Below, in pieces: positions 1 through 9,480 of a DNA stretch of 23,921 bases; positions within the stretch are counted from its first letter, which is position 1; each line of letters starts with the position of its first letter. The notes below the pieces were generated by a model. It made no database searches. It worked only from the letters and a program-made list of their open reading frames with translations, and had not been told where the DNA came from. This stretch comes from an uncultured virus (IMG/VR IMGVR_UViG_3300035656_000018) (Duplodnaviria > Heunggongvirae > Uroviricota > Caudoviricetes). A program made the position numbers and the translations under genes. Location of the stretch: the IMG/VR virus record IMGVR_UViG_3300035656_000018. One strand, given 5' to 3'.

Positions 1-2
1 CT

Positions 3-689
3 CCTTATAGAGATGCTTTGTTACCAGATTATAAGGGACATAGGAAAAATATTTCAGTAGATTATGAATCTCTTCAATCTCAAAAACGTATTATTATGGG
101 TATGCTTAAGCTCCTAAGAATTAAATATGTTTTTGATAAGCATAATTCTACTAAATATGAAGGAGATGATTTCTTAGCATACCTAGTTTTAAATAAAAAA
201 CCCACTGAGAAGGTAATCATAATATCATCCGATAAGGACTTTAATCAACTTATCGGTAAAGACGTAAAGATAAACAATCCAAGAAAAGATGAGATGATTC
301 ATCAGGGTAATTGTAAGGAACTATTCGGATATTCTCCTGAAGAAACAGTAGATTACCTTTCAATGGTGGGGGATACTTCGGATGATATTAAAGGTATACC
401 AGGTATTGGTCCTGTAAAAGCTAGGAAAATATTGGACGAATATGGTACTTTGGATAAATTTCTAGAGCATCATCATCAAACTTCTCATGTAGAGATTGCA
501 GAAAGGAATAAGAAGCTTATAGATTTAAGATTATTTCAAAAAGAAGTACCATTATCCAAGTTACCTATGAAAAAGTTTGCTAATAAGGAGATAAAATACA
601 AGAAATTCAAAGAAGTCTGTATCGAATACTCTTTAGCATCCTTTATGACAAATGAATTTATGAAACCATTTAAAGATTTGTTATCATGA
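3..689 (+). CDS. 5'-3' exonuclease / flap endonuclease (PolA N-terminal-like), 5' end outside window
   Basis: Frame is open from position 3 (PYRDALLPDYKGHR). Motifs YEGDD, SSDKDFNQL and GDTSDDIKGIPGIGPVKA (H3TH) are typical of the 53EXO/FEN family. Confidence 0.93.
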   Translation, partial: PYRDALLPDYKGHRKNISVDYESLQSQKRIIMGMLKLLRIKYVFDKHNSTKYEGDDFLAYLVLNKKPTEKVIIISSDKDFNQLIGKDVKINNPRKDEMIHQGNCKELFGYSPEETVDYLSMVGDTSDDIKGIPGIGPVKARKILDEYGTLDKFLEHHHQTSHVEIAERNKKLIDLRLFQKEVPLSKLPMKKFANKEIKYKKFKEVCIEYSLASFMTNEFMKPFKDLLS

Positions 690-1264
690 AAAGAATTATG
701 TTTGTAGGGCCAAGTGGAATAGGAAAAACCACTTTGGCAAAGTTCATAGAAACCAAATATGGTATACCCTTTATATCTGGTAGTATGTCAGATTTAATGC
801 CAGATACAAAAGAGATGCACCATGCTGAGTTTTTACACCAAGAATGTGGAGAACTCATAAACAAGGATTATCAATTGTTGAATCTGAGAAATAAGCTTTT
901 CAAGGATAAAGAAACTTTTGTAACAGACCGTAGTTATGTAGATTTAGCAGCTTATTTCATATATAAACAATCTACTCATATCCCAGAATGTGAAGTAGAT
1001 GCTTTCTTAGATATATGCAAAGATCTTACAGTTCAACAATGTGATTTATTAATATACCTTCCCTTGAGTATGTACAATATGAAAGAATGGCCAATGGAAG
1101 ACAATAAGAAGAGAATCATAAATAGATATTATCAGGCTCAGATGTCAGATATAATGGGTAACCTGTTAACTCAGTGGAGTACTTTAAGTGTAATAGATAT
1201 ATTAGTAGTACCCCAATTAGATTTCTACGACAGAATACACATGATAATGTCAAGATTAGATTAA
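686..1264 (+). CDS. P-loop nucleotide kinase-like protein (dNMP/thymidylate kinase or AAA_28-like)
   Basis: N-terminal Walker A GPSGIGKTT and FVTDRSYVD motif; ATGA overlap with the upstream gene. Confidence 0.75.
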   Translation: MKRIMFVGPSGIGKTTLAKFIETKYGIPFISGSMSDLMPDTKEMHHAEFLHQECGELINKDYQLLNLRNKLFKDKETFVTDRSYVDLAAYFIYKQSTHIPECEVDAFLDICKDLTVQQCDLLIYLPLSMYNMKEWPMEDNKKRIINRYYQAQMSDIMGNLLTQWSTLSVIDILVVPQLDFYDRIHMIMSRLD

Positions 1265-1265
1265 T

Positions 1266-2231
1266 ATGAAGAAACAAGTAATAGCAATAGTCTTCTCGGA
1301 TTTGCACCTGAATTTATGGGCGAAGTTCAATGAAGACAATAAAAGAACCCTGAATCATTTCGGGGTTTTGTCGATTATACAAGAGCAATGTAAAAAGTAT
1401 AATTGTCCGGCATTATTCTGTGGGGATTTCTTTCATAAGCCAGAAACCATGGACCAAAGTTTAGCAAAGATATGTTATAATGAATTTAATAAACTGGATA
1501 GACTAAATATACTGGCTATAACAGGAAATCATTGCACAAAAGAATTAAGTCAGATTAATAAACATCCTTTTAGTTGGCTTTATTTAGTGGAGAGGTATGG
1601 TATAGAAATTATGGATTATCACCATAGACCCATATCTGCCTATCATAAAAATATTATTGTTCATGGAGTTCCTTATGTAGATCATAATATAGGTTTATCG
1701 GATTACTTAAAGAATCTAAAATTAGAAAAAGGTAAGAAACATATCCTTATGCTTCATACTGATTATCCTGGAGCAAAAGATACTGATGGTAGGGAGATTG
1801 ATTCAGTAGAAAATCTAAATCTGAATGTACTGAATAGGTTTGATTTAATCCTTTGCGGTCATATACACAAACCACAAAGATTATCAAAGAAGGTTTATAT
1901 GATTGGTGCTCCTTTACAACAAAGAAGAACCGATAAAGATTGTAAACTGGGATATTGGAAACTTTATTCGGATTTATCTATGGAATTTATAGAACTGAAA
2001 GGATTCCCAAAATTCGTAGATGTTGAATCCGAAGATGAAATTAAGGATGATGGCAATTATTATACCATTTTACCCAAGAAAACTAGTATTCAAGTAAATA
2101 CAAACCATAAGATTACTAAGCAAGTTTCTAAGAAAACTCTAGCAAAAAGGTATTTAAGGGAGAAAGGCATAAAGGATGATGCTAAGAAACAACTTTTAAT
2201 TGATACTTTAAACAAAGCTGAATCATGTTGA
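1266..2231 (+). CDS. sbcD: SbcD/Mre11-like metallophosphoesterase nuclease
   Basis: Motifs SDLH, GDFFH, GNH, LH and GHIH; adjacent to an SbcC-like ATPase. Confidence 0.9.
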   Translation: MKKQVIAIVFSDLHLNLWAKFNEDNKRTLNHFGVLSIIQEQCKKYNCPALFCGDFFHKPETMDQSLAKICYNEFNKLDRLNILAITGNHCTKELSQINKHPFSWLYLVERYGIEIMDYHHRPISAYHKNIIVHGVPYVDHNIGLSDYLKNLKLEKGKKHILMLHTDYPGAKDTDGREIDSVENLNLNVLNRFDLILCGHIHKPQRLSKKVYMIGAPLQQRRTDKDCKLGYWKLYSDLSMEFIELKGFPKFVDVESEDEIKDDGNYYTILPKKTSIQVNTNHKITKQVSKKTLAKRYLREKGIKDDAKKQLLIDTLNKAESC

Positions 2232-3937
2232 CATTTACAAGGTTAAATATACAGGGATTCTGTTCTATAGATTCCTTCAGTTTACAATTAAACCAAGATT
2301 GTACGGTTCTTATCAAAGCTCCTAATGGTTTTGGGAAATCAACTTTACTGAATGCCTTGGTATGGGCATTATATGGGAAAAATATAAAGGGAGTATCTGA
2401 GGTAAATACTTGGAAAGAATACCAACCTAAAGATTATAAGGGAACCATGGTAGAAGTATTTTTTCAGAAAAACCAGGATTCATATAAGGTAATCAGATGT
2501 CAAAAATTTAAAGATTACCTAGAGGATGGTGCTAAAGGAAATGATAGACTTATCATCATTAAAAATGCCGAGATTATTAATATTAAGGGTAAGAATGAAC
2601 TACAGAATGCAATCAATAAAGAATTAGGATTATCCTATCTGTTATTCATGAACTCTATCATGTTCGGTCAGGGTATTAAGAGATTAATCCAAGAATCTAA
2701 TTCGGATAAGAAAAAGCTTTTTGAGGAAGTATTCGATTTAGAATACCTAAATTTAGCAAAGGGTATAGCTAATCAAGATAAGGCAGTTATCTTAAATGAG
2801 ATTAATCAATTAGAATCCGAATCCCTTTCACTAAAGAAAGAATTAGAGGCCAATAAAGAAGCTTACTTTGATTTGAGGTCAAGGGAGAAATCCTTTAAGA
2901 AAGATCTCAGAGAAAAATCTAGGAAACTAAAGGAAGAACGGAAAGACCTAACTGCGTTACTTATTGCAAAACAAAAACATATTTCAGATGAAGTAGATGT
3001 AGCAATAGAACAAAAGGTAAGAAATCAAACCAAAGCAGTACAAGAGATAAAGAATCGAATTAAGATAAACAAGGAAACTCTAAGTACTCCCTTAAATGAA
3101 CTGGTGGATGAGTCCATAGAGTTAATAAAGAATAAACAATATAAGAAAGCCTTGAAAATGCTTACTCCCATCAGTAAAGCATTTAAAGAAAGGGAAGAAC
3201 TTCAAAGCTTATATGAAGAATCCGTAGAGAGGTTAGATGAACTAGAATTTAACTGCAGTAAGTATAAGACTCTAGTTAAAGAATGTTCCGATATTGCTTC
3301 AGATTTGGCAGATATAGACCAGGAAATAAAAGACCTTAAGAATCAGAAACTAAAGGTAATGTCTACTAAATACAAAGAAAGACTAAAAAAGATTCGTAAG
3401 GATTTAAGAAAGGTAGATGAAGATTACCATAACCGAGAACTAGAGTTAGAGAATTATAATTGGTTGATAAATGACCCTCTTGGTAACAATGGAATCAAGG
3501 CATATCTATTTGATTCATCCCTACATTTATTAAATCGTACTCTAGCTAGTTATTCAGAAGTATTAGGTTTTAGAATTGAGTTTAACATTGATCTTAATTC
3601 AACTAGAAAGGATTTTGTTACTCTTATAGAAAGGGATAATCACATTATTGATTATGATGAACTGTCAGGAGGTGAAAAGACTTTGGTAAATCTATGTATG
3701 GCTTTCGCAATGCACGAATCTTTAACTGCAAGTAAGGGTATTAATCTGGCATTCTTAGATGAAGTATTTGAATCTCTAAGTTCTGATAACATAGAATTGG
3801 TAATAAACCTAATAAAACACATATTCAACGGTAAATCATTATTTTTAATAACACATCACGACTCATTACCTTTATCAAATACTAAGATCCTGCAAGTAGA
3901 GAAAATCAAGGGCCTTAGTTATTATAAACCACTATGA
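2225..3937 (+). CDS. sbcC: SbcC/Rad50-like ABC ATPase with coiled coil
   Basis: Walker A APNGFGKST, Q-loop FGQG, central coiled coil, signature LSGGE, Walker B FLDE, H-loop LITH. Confidence 0.92.
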   Translation: MLTFTRLNIQGFCSIDSFSLQLNQDCTVLIKAPNGFGKSTLLNALVWALYGKNIKGVSEVNTWKEYQPKDYKGTMVEVFFQKNQDSYKVIRCQKFKDYLEDGAKGNDRLIIIKNAEIINIKGKNELQNAINKELGLSYLLFMNSIMFGQGIKRLIQESNSDKKKLFEEVFDLEYLNLAKGIANQDKAVILNEINQLESESLSLKKELEANKEAYFDLRSREKSFKKDLREKSRKLKEERKDLTALLIAKQKHISDEVDVAIEQKVRNQTKAVQEIKNRIKINKETLSTPLNELVDESIELIKNKQYKKALKMLTPISKAFKEREELQSLYEESVERLDELEFNCSKYKTLVKECSDIASDLADIDQEIKDLKNQKLKVMSTKYKERLKKIRKDLRKVDEDYHNRELELENYNWLINDPLGNNGIKAYLFDSSLHLLNRTLASYSEVLGFRIEFNIDLNSTRKDFVTLIERDNHIIDYDELSGGEKTLVNLCMAFAMHESLTASKGINLAFLDEVFESLSSDNIELVINLIKHIFNGKSLFLITHHDSLPLSNTKILQVEKIKGLSYYKPL

Positions 3938-3960
3938 TCCATAAACAATACAATGAAATT

Positions 3961-4476
3961 ATGGCAAATAGTAAAAAGAAAGGTTCAAGATTTGAACTCA
4001 AAGTCTCAAAATGGTTTACGGAATGGACTTCTTTCAAATTCGGCAGAACACCCTACTCTGGTGCAAATCATCAGAGTAGGGATTTGTCTTCTGATATTAT
4101 GTGTCAGGATGAAAGACATGCTCACAGATGTAAAATCTCAGTAGAATGTAAAAACTACAAGGATATCAAATTTGAGCATGTATTACTTGGTAATAAATCC
4201 TGTGATATATTAAAATTCTGGGAACAAGCAAGTAAAGATGCTAAAAGGGCAAAGAAGGTACCCATCTTATGTATGAGATACAATTCAATGCCTGCAAATG
4301 AGTTTTTCTTTGTAGTAGGTGTTAAACTTGGAGATATTATTGCCCAGTATGTTACTAAGGTAATGTATATCCAAGTACCTGGGAATACTCTTATGGTATT
4401 CATGGCTAGTGAAATATTAAAAGTACCGTACAAGATGATTCACAAACAAGCTAAGTTAATCGTAAAAAATCAGTAA
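3961..4476 (+). CDS. Holliday junction resolvase (Hjc-like PD-(D/E)xK nuclease)
   Basis: MANSKKKGSRFE...R.PYSGA...SDI...VECK pattern; start moved to ATG 3961. Confidence 0.85.
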   Translation: MANSKKKGSRFELKVSKWFTEWTSFKFGRTPYSGANHQSRDLSSDIMCQDERHAHRCKISVECKNYKDIKFEHVLLGNKSCDILKFWEQASKDAKRAKKVPILCMRYNSMPANEFFFVVGVKLGDIIAQYVTKVMYIQVPGNTLMVFMASEILKVPYKMIHKQAKLIVKNQ

Positions 4477-4477
4477 T

Positions 4478-5194
4478 ATGAAAAAACGTATCCCATACTC
4501 CTATGTAATCTTCTACCTAGAAAGAAAGTATTATCACCTTATCGAGAAAGAGTTAAAAGAAAAGGGATACGAAAATATCAAGGTTATTATCCCAACTCTA
4601 GATATACTTAAGAGAACAGTAAAGGGTAAGATGGTATTTGAATCTGTTCCTATACTTTTCAATTATGGTTTTATGAGAATGCCCACAGAGAATGCTTTCT
4701 CAAGGCCTTTTTTAAATAAACTAAAACGAAATATCTCAGGTATAAGAACCTTTCTTAAATCTACCGAGACAATGCACGAAAGAAAAAAGAAGGTACGTAT
4801 TGATAATGCTGAAGACTTCGATGATTTTTCATTAGTTGCAACTTGTTCTAGAAAAGATGTAAGAAGGTTCATAAGATTAGCAAAAGCAAATAAGAAATAC
4901 TCTGTTGATGATCTTATGAATGTAAAACCTGGTGATTATATCGTTTTAAAAGGGTATCCCTATGAAGGTATAGATGCTACAGTATTAGATGTAAATTACT
5001 CTAATAGAACAGTAAAAGTACTAATTTACCCAGAACATGGTAAAATGGAAGTAACTCTTGATTTTGATAGTGTTCTTCACAGTGTATATCAGGATTCAGA
5101 CCCAGATAAATTACATTGTAATAACTTTGACTATGACCCAAATTCTATTACTTCTGAAAAGATAGAAGAGAACATTAATAAAAGGAGGCGTTAA
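4478..5194 (+). CDS. NusG-family (NusG/RfaH/UpxY-like) transcription elongation/antitermination factor
   Basis: NGN-like N-terminus (YVIF...VIIP...VPILFNYGF...GIRTFL) and C-terminal KOW (VKPGDYIVLKGYPYEGIDATVLDVN...VKVLI...VTLDFDSV). Confidence 0.85.
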   Translation: MKKRIPYSYVIFYLERKYYHLIEKELKEKGYENIKVIIPTLDILKRTVKGKMVFESVPILFNYGFMRMPTENAFSRPFLNKLKRNISGIRTFLKSTETMHERKKKVRIDNAEDFDDFSLVATCSRKDVRRFIRLAKANKKYSVDDLMNVKPGDYIVLKGYPYEGIDATVLDVNYSNRTVKVLIYPEHGKMEVTLDFDSVLHSVYQDSDPDKLHCNNFDYDPNSITSEKIEENINKRRR

Positions 5195-5195
5195 T

Positions 5196-6167
5196 ATGAA
5201 TGAATATCAAAAGAAAGCATGGGACTGTTTGACTCCAACTGAGCAGCAGTCCCTTTTTCTTCAGTTATCAGAGAGTAAATCCTCTTGGGAAGCTGGAGAG
5301 ATATTAAAATTATCTCATTATAAGTACCTAGAAATAAAAGAAAGGTCTGAAAAGTTCTTCCGATTATTTTCGGATTTCTTCGAAATACATGAGTCAATAT
5401 TTAGACCAGATTGCCCATGTGAAAGAAACTTCCAGGATTATATCGAGGCTTGCATAGAAAAAAGGATGAAAAGGAAAGAGGCTCTACTAAATACTGGAGA
5501 TGCCTCCCAATTAGTTCCTAAGGTAAATACTCGTAATCTAGAAAGAAATATAAGAAGACTACAAGGTTCAGATAATGAATGGGATAAACATTCTCTAGGT
5601 TTGATATTAGAATTCGATAGATGGAATAACTTTAGGATATTACCCAGGCAAGTACAGCAACCCTCTGCTTTCAAAAGAAGAGCCAATAAGAAAGAAAAGA
5701 TTTATATCAACTACTTATTAGAGAAAGTACCAGAATGGGTTCATACTAAACTAAGAGAAAGGTTTAAGTATAAGGTAAAGCCTAGTATAAAGAAATGGTG
5801 GGTATGTTTAATATCTGAAGATTTATATACTGATGGATATTTATTACTTCCCGTAAGACCTACAGATGAGGTAATGAGGGAATTCAGTAAATTCTACATG
5901 TATATATTCGAGGATAAGGATGATGCAGATACATTTGGATTCATGGTATCTAAATTCAATGCCAAGACTACTACTGTAAAACTAGGTCAGAAGTTTTGGC
6001 CAGAATATAGATTATGTATCGAAAAGGCTTTGAATTACAATCAGGTAAATAACATGGATTTCAATGTGAAGCAATTGGATATGGCCTATAACACTCACAT
6101 AAAACGAAAACCAAAGAAGAAACCTCAACCAGGAGCTGCTAGAGTGAAAGAAGACTCCTTCTATTGA
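5196..6167 (+). CDS. Protein with N-terminal sigma70 region-4-like HTH; putative transcription regulator
   Basis: AWDCLTPTEQQSLFLQLSESKSSWEAGEILKLSHYKYLEIKERSEKFF fits the sigma4 pattern (L.p.e..l.L.....s..E....L..s). The remainder is unrecognised. Confidence 0.55.
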   Translation: MNEYQKKAWDCLTPTEQQSLFLQLSESKSSWEAGEILKLSHYKYLEIKERSEKFFRLFSDFFEIHESIFRPDCPCERNFQDYIEACIEKRMKRKEALLNTGDASQLVPKVNTRNLERNIRRLQGSDNEWDKHSLGLILEFDRWNNFRILPRQVQQPSAFKRRANKKEKIYINYLLEKVPEWVHTKLRERFKYKVKPSIKKWWVCLISEDLYTDGYLLLPVRPTDEVMREFSKFYMYIFEDKDDADTFGFMVSKFNAKTTTVKLGQKFWPEYRLCIEKALNYNQVNNMDFNVKQLDMAYNTHIKRKPKKKPQPGAARVKEDSFY

Positions 6168-6168
6168 T

Positions 6169-6232
6169 CCTCAGCTAATATTAAAATAATAAGTAGAATA
6201 TTTTTCTATATAATATATAAGTATTATATTTG
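6169..6232 (+). promoter_or_regulatory. Bacteroidota-type promoter with upstream CCTCAGC box
   Basis: CCTCAGC at 6169-6175; -7 TATATTTG at 6225-6232; the -33 position reads TTTT rather than TTTG. Confidence 0.8.
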
Positions 6233-6272
6233 CATCAGAAAATTAATTAGACAAAATTTTAATATAGACAAT

Positions 6273-6551
6273 ATGAAGAATACCAACTTAGACATCCGCT
6301 TTAACAAAGCAAATAATATCCTCAACCAATTCAGTGATAGCTGGGAGGATGATAAATTGAACCTATTACCTAATTTCCCAAAAATTAAGGATATGGTATC
6401 AAACCACATTACTCAAGAGAATTACTTATGGTTAATCACTTATGATTTACCTAATGATCTCTTCGATAAGATTGATAACATGGGATTAGTTCCCTATAAG
6501 TATGTAACTCATGAAGAATTAACTCAAACCTATTACAATCAAAGATTTTAA
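6273..6551 (+). CDS. hypothetical protein
   Basis: 92-aa ORF directly behind a promoter and conserved leader. Confidence 0.75.
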   Translation: MKNTNLDIRFNKANNILNQFSDSWEDDKLNLLPNFPKIKDMVSNHITQENYLWLITYDLPNDLFDKIDNMGLVPYKYVTHEELTQTYYNQRF

Positions 6552-6555
6552 AACT

Positions 6556-7131
6556 ATGGCAAAAAAGAAAAAAGATAAACCAGCTCCATCAAAGGAAAAA
6601 CAAAATTTCCTAGGAGCTGCAGGTAGAAACATGAAGTACAAGGATCTCAAAAGAAAGGCGGTAATCCTTGGTATGCCTTTTCCTGATGCTTGTGCTGCAG
6701 GAGTATTTGATTTAATCAAGTATATCAGTAACTCTACTAACAAACCCGATAAATCCTTAATTGACCAGTATGATGAATGGGCAGATAAACAATTGGAAGC
6801 AATTGGTTATGATAAAACTGACCCAATCCGTAATTCAAGATTAAGATTAGGATTCTTAGGAGAAGAGGGAGAAGATGGTATTCGAAAATTAAAAAGAGTA
6901 CCAGGTATAAAGAAACCCAAAGAAAAGAAACCTCCAAGAGAAAGGGATTCTTTTAATCTAATCAAGGGTACTAAGAAATCCTACTGTTATGAATTAACCG
7001 AAAAGGGATTTGACCAAGAGAGAGTAGTAAGGAGAATGAAAAAGAAATTCCATGATGCTAATGAGAAATCCATTCAACTCTGGTACAGGGCTGCAAAAAG
7101 GAAATTAAATGGTAAAACTAGCAAGAGATAA
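6556..7131 (+). CDS. basic hypothetical protein, possible nucleic-acid binding
   Basis: MAKKKK start, Lys-rich; Rho_N/HeH-like segment MKYKDLKRKAVILGM...DLIKYI. Confidence 0.75.
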   Translation: MAKKKKDKPAPSKEKQNFLGAAGRNMKYKDLKRKAVILGMPFPDACAAGVFDLIKYISNSTNKPDKSLIDQYDEWADKQLEAIGYDKTDPIRNSRLRLGFLGEEGEDGIRKLKRVPGIKKPKEKKPPRERDSFNLIKGTKKSYCYELTEKGFDQERVVRRMKKKFHDANEKSIQLWYRAAKRKLNGKTSKR

Positions 7132-7687
7132 TCGGAAAATATACCCAGACTTAATATATGTATGGACTTGGAGGCCTGATGAATATTGGGGATGGACCAA
7201 ATACCAATATGCAACAGAAAGTAAATACCGAACCGAGAAGTTGTTATATAAAAAACATATATGTGGTTTAGGATTCTTTTCAAGATACCATGCTAGAAGA
7301 ACCATAACTCTTTTATTAGGAGTAGATGCCAATTTATACATTCATACTATCAAGGGTAAGAATCTTATAAAACAAGGCATAACTGATTTACCCAAGAAAG
7401 GTCATCAATCGATATTCTTTAAGGGTAAGCCAACTAAAATACGAAGATTTATCTTTCCTGCTGAAGCAAGAATGGATAAACATAGGAGAAGGCATTTTGT
7501 AGTAAGAATGAATAAAATTTATAAGAAACATGGAAGAAGGGCATTCAACAGGGCATACCAAATTGCATTATACGGGTATAGGGATGAATTCTCACCTGAA
7601 TATCGAAAGCAAAAGAGATTACAGGTCCATTCTGCTATCCTACAGGAGATACAACAAGCTGAGTCAAGGGGAAAAGAACCAATTTAA
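7109..7687 (+). CDS. basic hypothetical protein
   Basis: 192-aa Arg/Lys-rich ORF in operon context. Confidence 0.7.
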   Translation: MVKLARDNRKIYPDLIYVWTWRPDEYWGWTKYQYATESKYRTEKLLYKKHICGLGFFSRYHARRTITLLLGVDANLYIHTIKGKNLIKQGITDLPKKGHQSIFFKGKPTKIRRFIFPAEARMDKHRRRHFVVRMNKIYKKHGRRAFNRAYQIALYGYRDEFSPEYRKQKRLQVHSAILQEIQQAESRGKEPI

Positions 7688-8096
7688 CCTTGATTGCTTG
7701 AATCATCCTCCTAGGATTTGGCAAATAGCCCTGTTCCTTACCAAGGTATATCATATTAAGTTTAATCGTATCTTATTCAAAAAGGCCTACGATTTCTTAG
7801 ATGACTTTGGAGAAGCTTCTCTGAAATTTCAGAATCAGGTTATTATCCCAGATAAATATCTCATAAGAGAATTACAATGGGAACTATGGAAACCTCTATC
7901 TGATTATAAAATAAGGAATAAGTATGCTTACTTCATGACCAATAGGAAACTAGATTCAGAAATTTGGGTCTACCCAATAAGATTTTCTGATAACTATGAA
8001 ACTTCGAAAAAAGGAAAATATCAATCATACACAGAAATGATGGGTAAATTGGGTTTTCCAGGTTTAACTAAAATATCATATAGCGATGAACACTAA
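7584..8096 (+). CDS. hypothetical protein
   Basis: ORF 7530-8096; start uncertain (ATG 7584 chosen); overlaps the upstream gene. Confidence 0.65.
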   Translation: MNSHLNIESKRDYRSILLSYRRYNKLSQGEKNQFNLDCLNHPPRIWQIALFLTKVYHIKFNRILFKKAYDFLDDFGEASLKFQNQVIIPDKYLIRELQWELWKPLSDYKIRNKYAYFMTNRKLDSEIWVYPIRFSDNYETSKKGKYQSYTEMMGKLGFPGLTKISYSDEH

Positions 8097-8310
8097 ATTA
8101 GAACAACATGGACCATATAATCCATTTGAGGGTAAATCCTTTAAGGTATTAACCTATAATCAAGTGGATCAGGTTATAAATTCTGAAGTAATTGAGATAA
8201 CTTCACAAGAACAGTTTAATACCGTTCTAGAAAACATAAAACAATTTAATAATGCACATGAATCTTTGGGACCATTCCTAAAGAAGTATAAAAAGCTTAT
8301 AACTGAGTGA
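8086..8310 (+). CDS. hypothetical protein
   Basis: 74-aa ORF overlapping the upstream stop. Confidence 0.65.
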   Translation: MNTKLEQHGPYNPFEGKSFKVLTYNQVDQVINSEVIEITSQEQFNTVLENIKQFNNAHESLGPFLKKYKKLITE

Positions 8311-8350
8311 TTAACTATATTCATTAACAAACCATTAAAATTAAACAATT

Positions 8351-8878
8351 ATGGCTAAGAAAAAAGAAACTAAGAAAGTTGAACTTAAAGAAGTATCTAG
8401 AGTAGAAATCAACGGTAATATCATTATTACTTACGAAGATGGCTCTGTAAAGATTATCCCGGCTCCCATTATGTTGACTGCAGACCAGGCATCCGAAATC
8501 TTCGGTTCAGAAGAAGACGAAGACGAAGAAGAGGAGGAAGAATCCGATGATGAGGATGAAGAAGAATCGGAAGATGACGAAGATGAAGATGATTCTGAAG
8601 AGGATGAGGAAGACGAAGAAGATGAGGACGAGGATGATTCCGATGAAGATGAAGAAGACGAGGAGGAAGAAGAGGAAGAACTGACTGGAGAAGCTCTTGC
8701 TGAAATGGACTTCGAAGAATTGGAAGATGTTTGCGATGACAAAGACCTTGATACTGATCCAGACGACTTCGATGAAGAAGACATCGAGAAACTTCGTAAG
8801 GCAATTGCCAAAGAATTAGGTATCAAATTGCCGGCTAAGAAGGAAGCTAAGGGTAAAGGTAAAAAGGGTAAAAAATAA
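8351..8878 (+). CDS. highly acidic (poly-D/E) protein with basic termini
   Basis: Long D/E tract, MAKKK start, KGKGKKGKK end, A-rich leader. Confidence 0.8.
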   Translation: MAKKKETKKVELKEVSRVEINGNIIITYEDGSVKIIPAPIMLTADQASEIFGSEEDEDEEEEEESDDEDEEESEDDEDEDDSEEDEEDEEDEDEDDSDEDEEDEEEEEEELTGEALAEMDFEELEDVCDDKDLDTDPDDFDEEDIEKLRKAIAKELGIKLPAKKEAKGKGKKGKK

Positions 8879-8896
8879 CCCATTTACCTAGCATAA

Positions 8897-8920
8897 AGGG
8901 TAGGAGATGATCCCTACCCT
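8897..8920. other. intergenic hairpin without a + strand U-tract
   Basis: AGGGTAGG (8897-8904) / CCTACCCT (8913-8920), followed by A's. Confidence 0.55.
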
Positions 8921-8995
8921 AAAAATTAACTACTATTAGGTTATGTAGAAGTCACAACTTATTTATAACACAACTTTTAAAAACTTATTAAGATT

Positions 8996-9397
8996 ATGGC
9001 AAAGAAAAAAGAAAACACCAAGAAAAAGGGTGCTAAGGAAAAAGATCCTGAAAAAGAAGCTAAACGCAAAGCTCGTATGGAAGCTATCAAAAACCGTCCT
9101 GCAGGTCAAAGACCGAACGGTAAACAAATCGATGTTATCAAGATTTCTGATAACTCAGAAGTTCAGAATTTCGGTTATGCAATCAAAACAAAGAAAGGTG
9201 CTCAGGGAGTATTGGTAACTTCAGTATTGGTAGTAGATGGTGCTCCAGTAAACACATCGGTTGCTTTTGTTCCCGGAGAATTGGCAATTAAGTCAAAGAA
9301 AGGACATGGTATTATCACTACTCCGAAGTCAAAGAAAGAAAAAGACACTGACGAGGAAGTAGATGAAGAAGAAACTTCTGAAGAAAACGAAGATTAA
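8996..9397 (+). CDS. hypothetical protein, Lys-rich N-terminus and acidic C-terminus
   Basis: 133-aa ORF with MAKKK start and a beta-rich core. Confidence 0.8.
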   Translation: MAKKKENTKKKGAKEKDPEKEAKRKARMEAIKNRPAGQRPNGKQIDVIKISDNSEVQNFGYAIKTKKGAQGVLVTSVLVVDGAPVNTSVAFVPGELAIKSKKGHGIITTPKSKKEKDTDEEVDEEETSEENED

Positions 9398-9431
9398 ACT
9401 CCATAACGATTATACATTATATCAATTATCC

Positions 9432-9470
9432 AAAGCCCATTGCCTCACAAAGGTGATGGGCTTTTTTATT
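9432..9470 (+). terminator. intrinsic terminator
   Basis: AAAGCCCATTGCCT-cacaa-AGGTGATGGGCTTT stem (with G-U pairs) running into TTTTTTATT. Confidence 0.85.
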
Positions 9471-9480
9471 TTCATAACCT

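Noticed and set aside
8431..8883. Minus-strand poly-Ser ORF and overlapping 8469-8804 ORF
   Set aside because: Shadow frames of the GAA/GAT-rich acidic gene.
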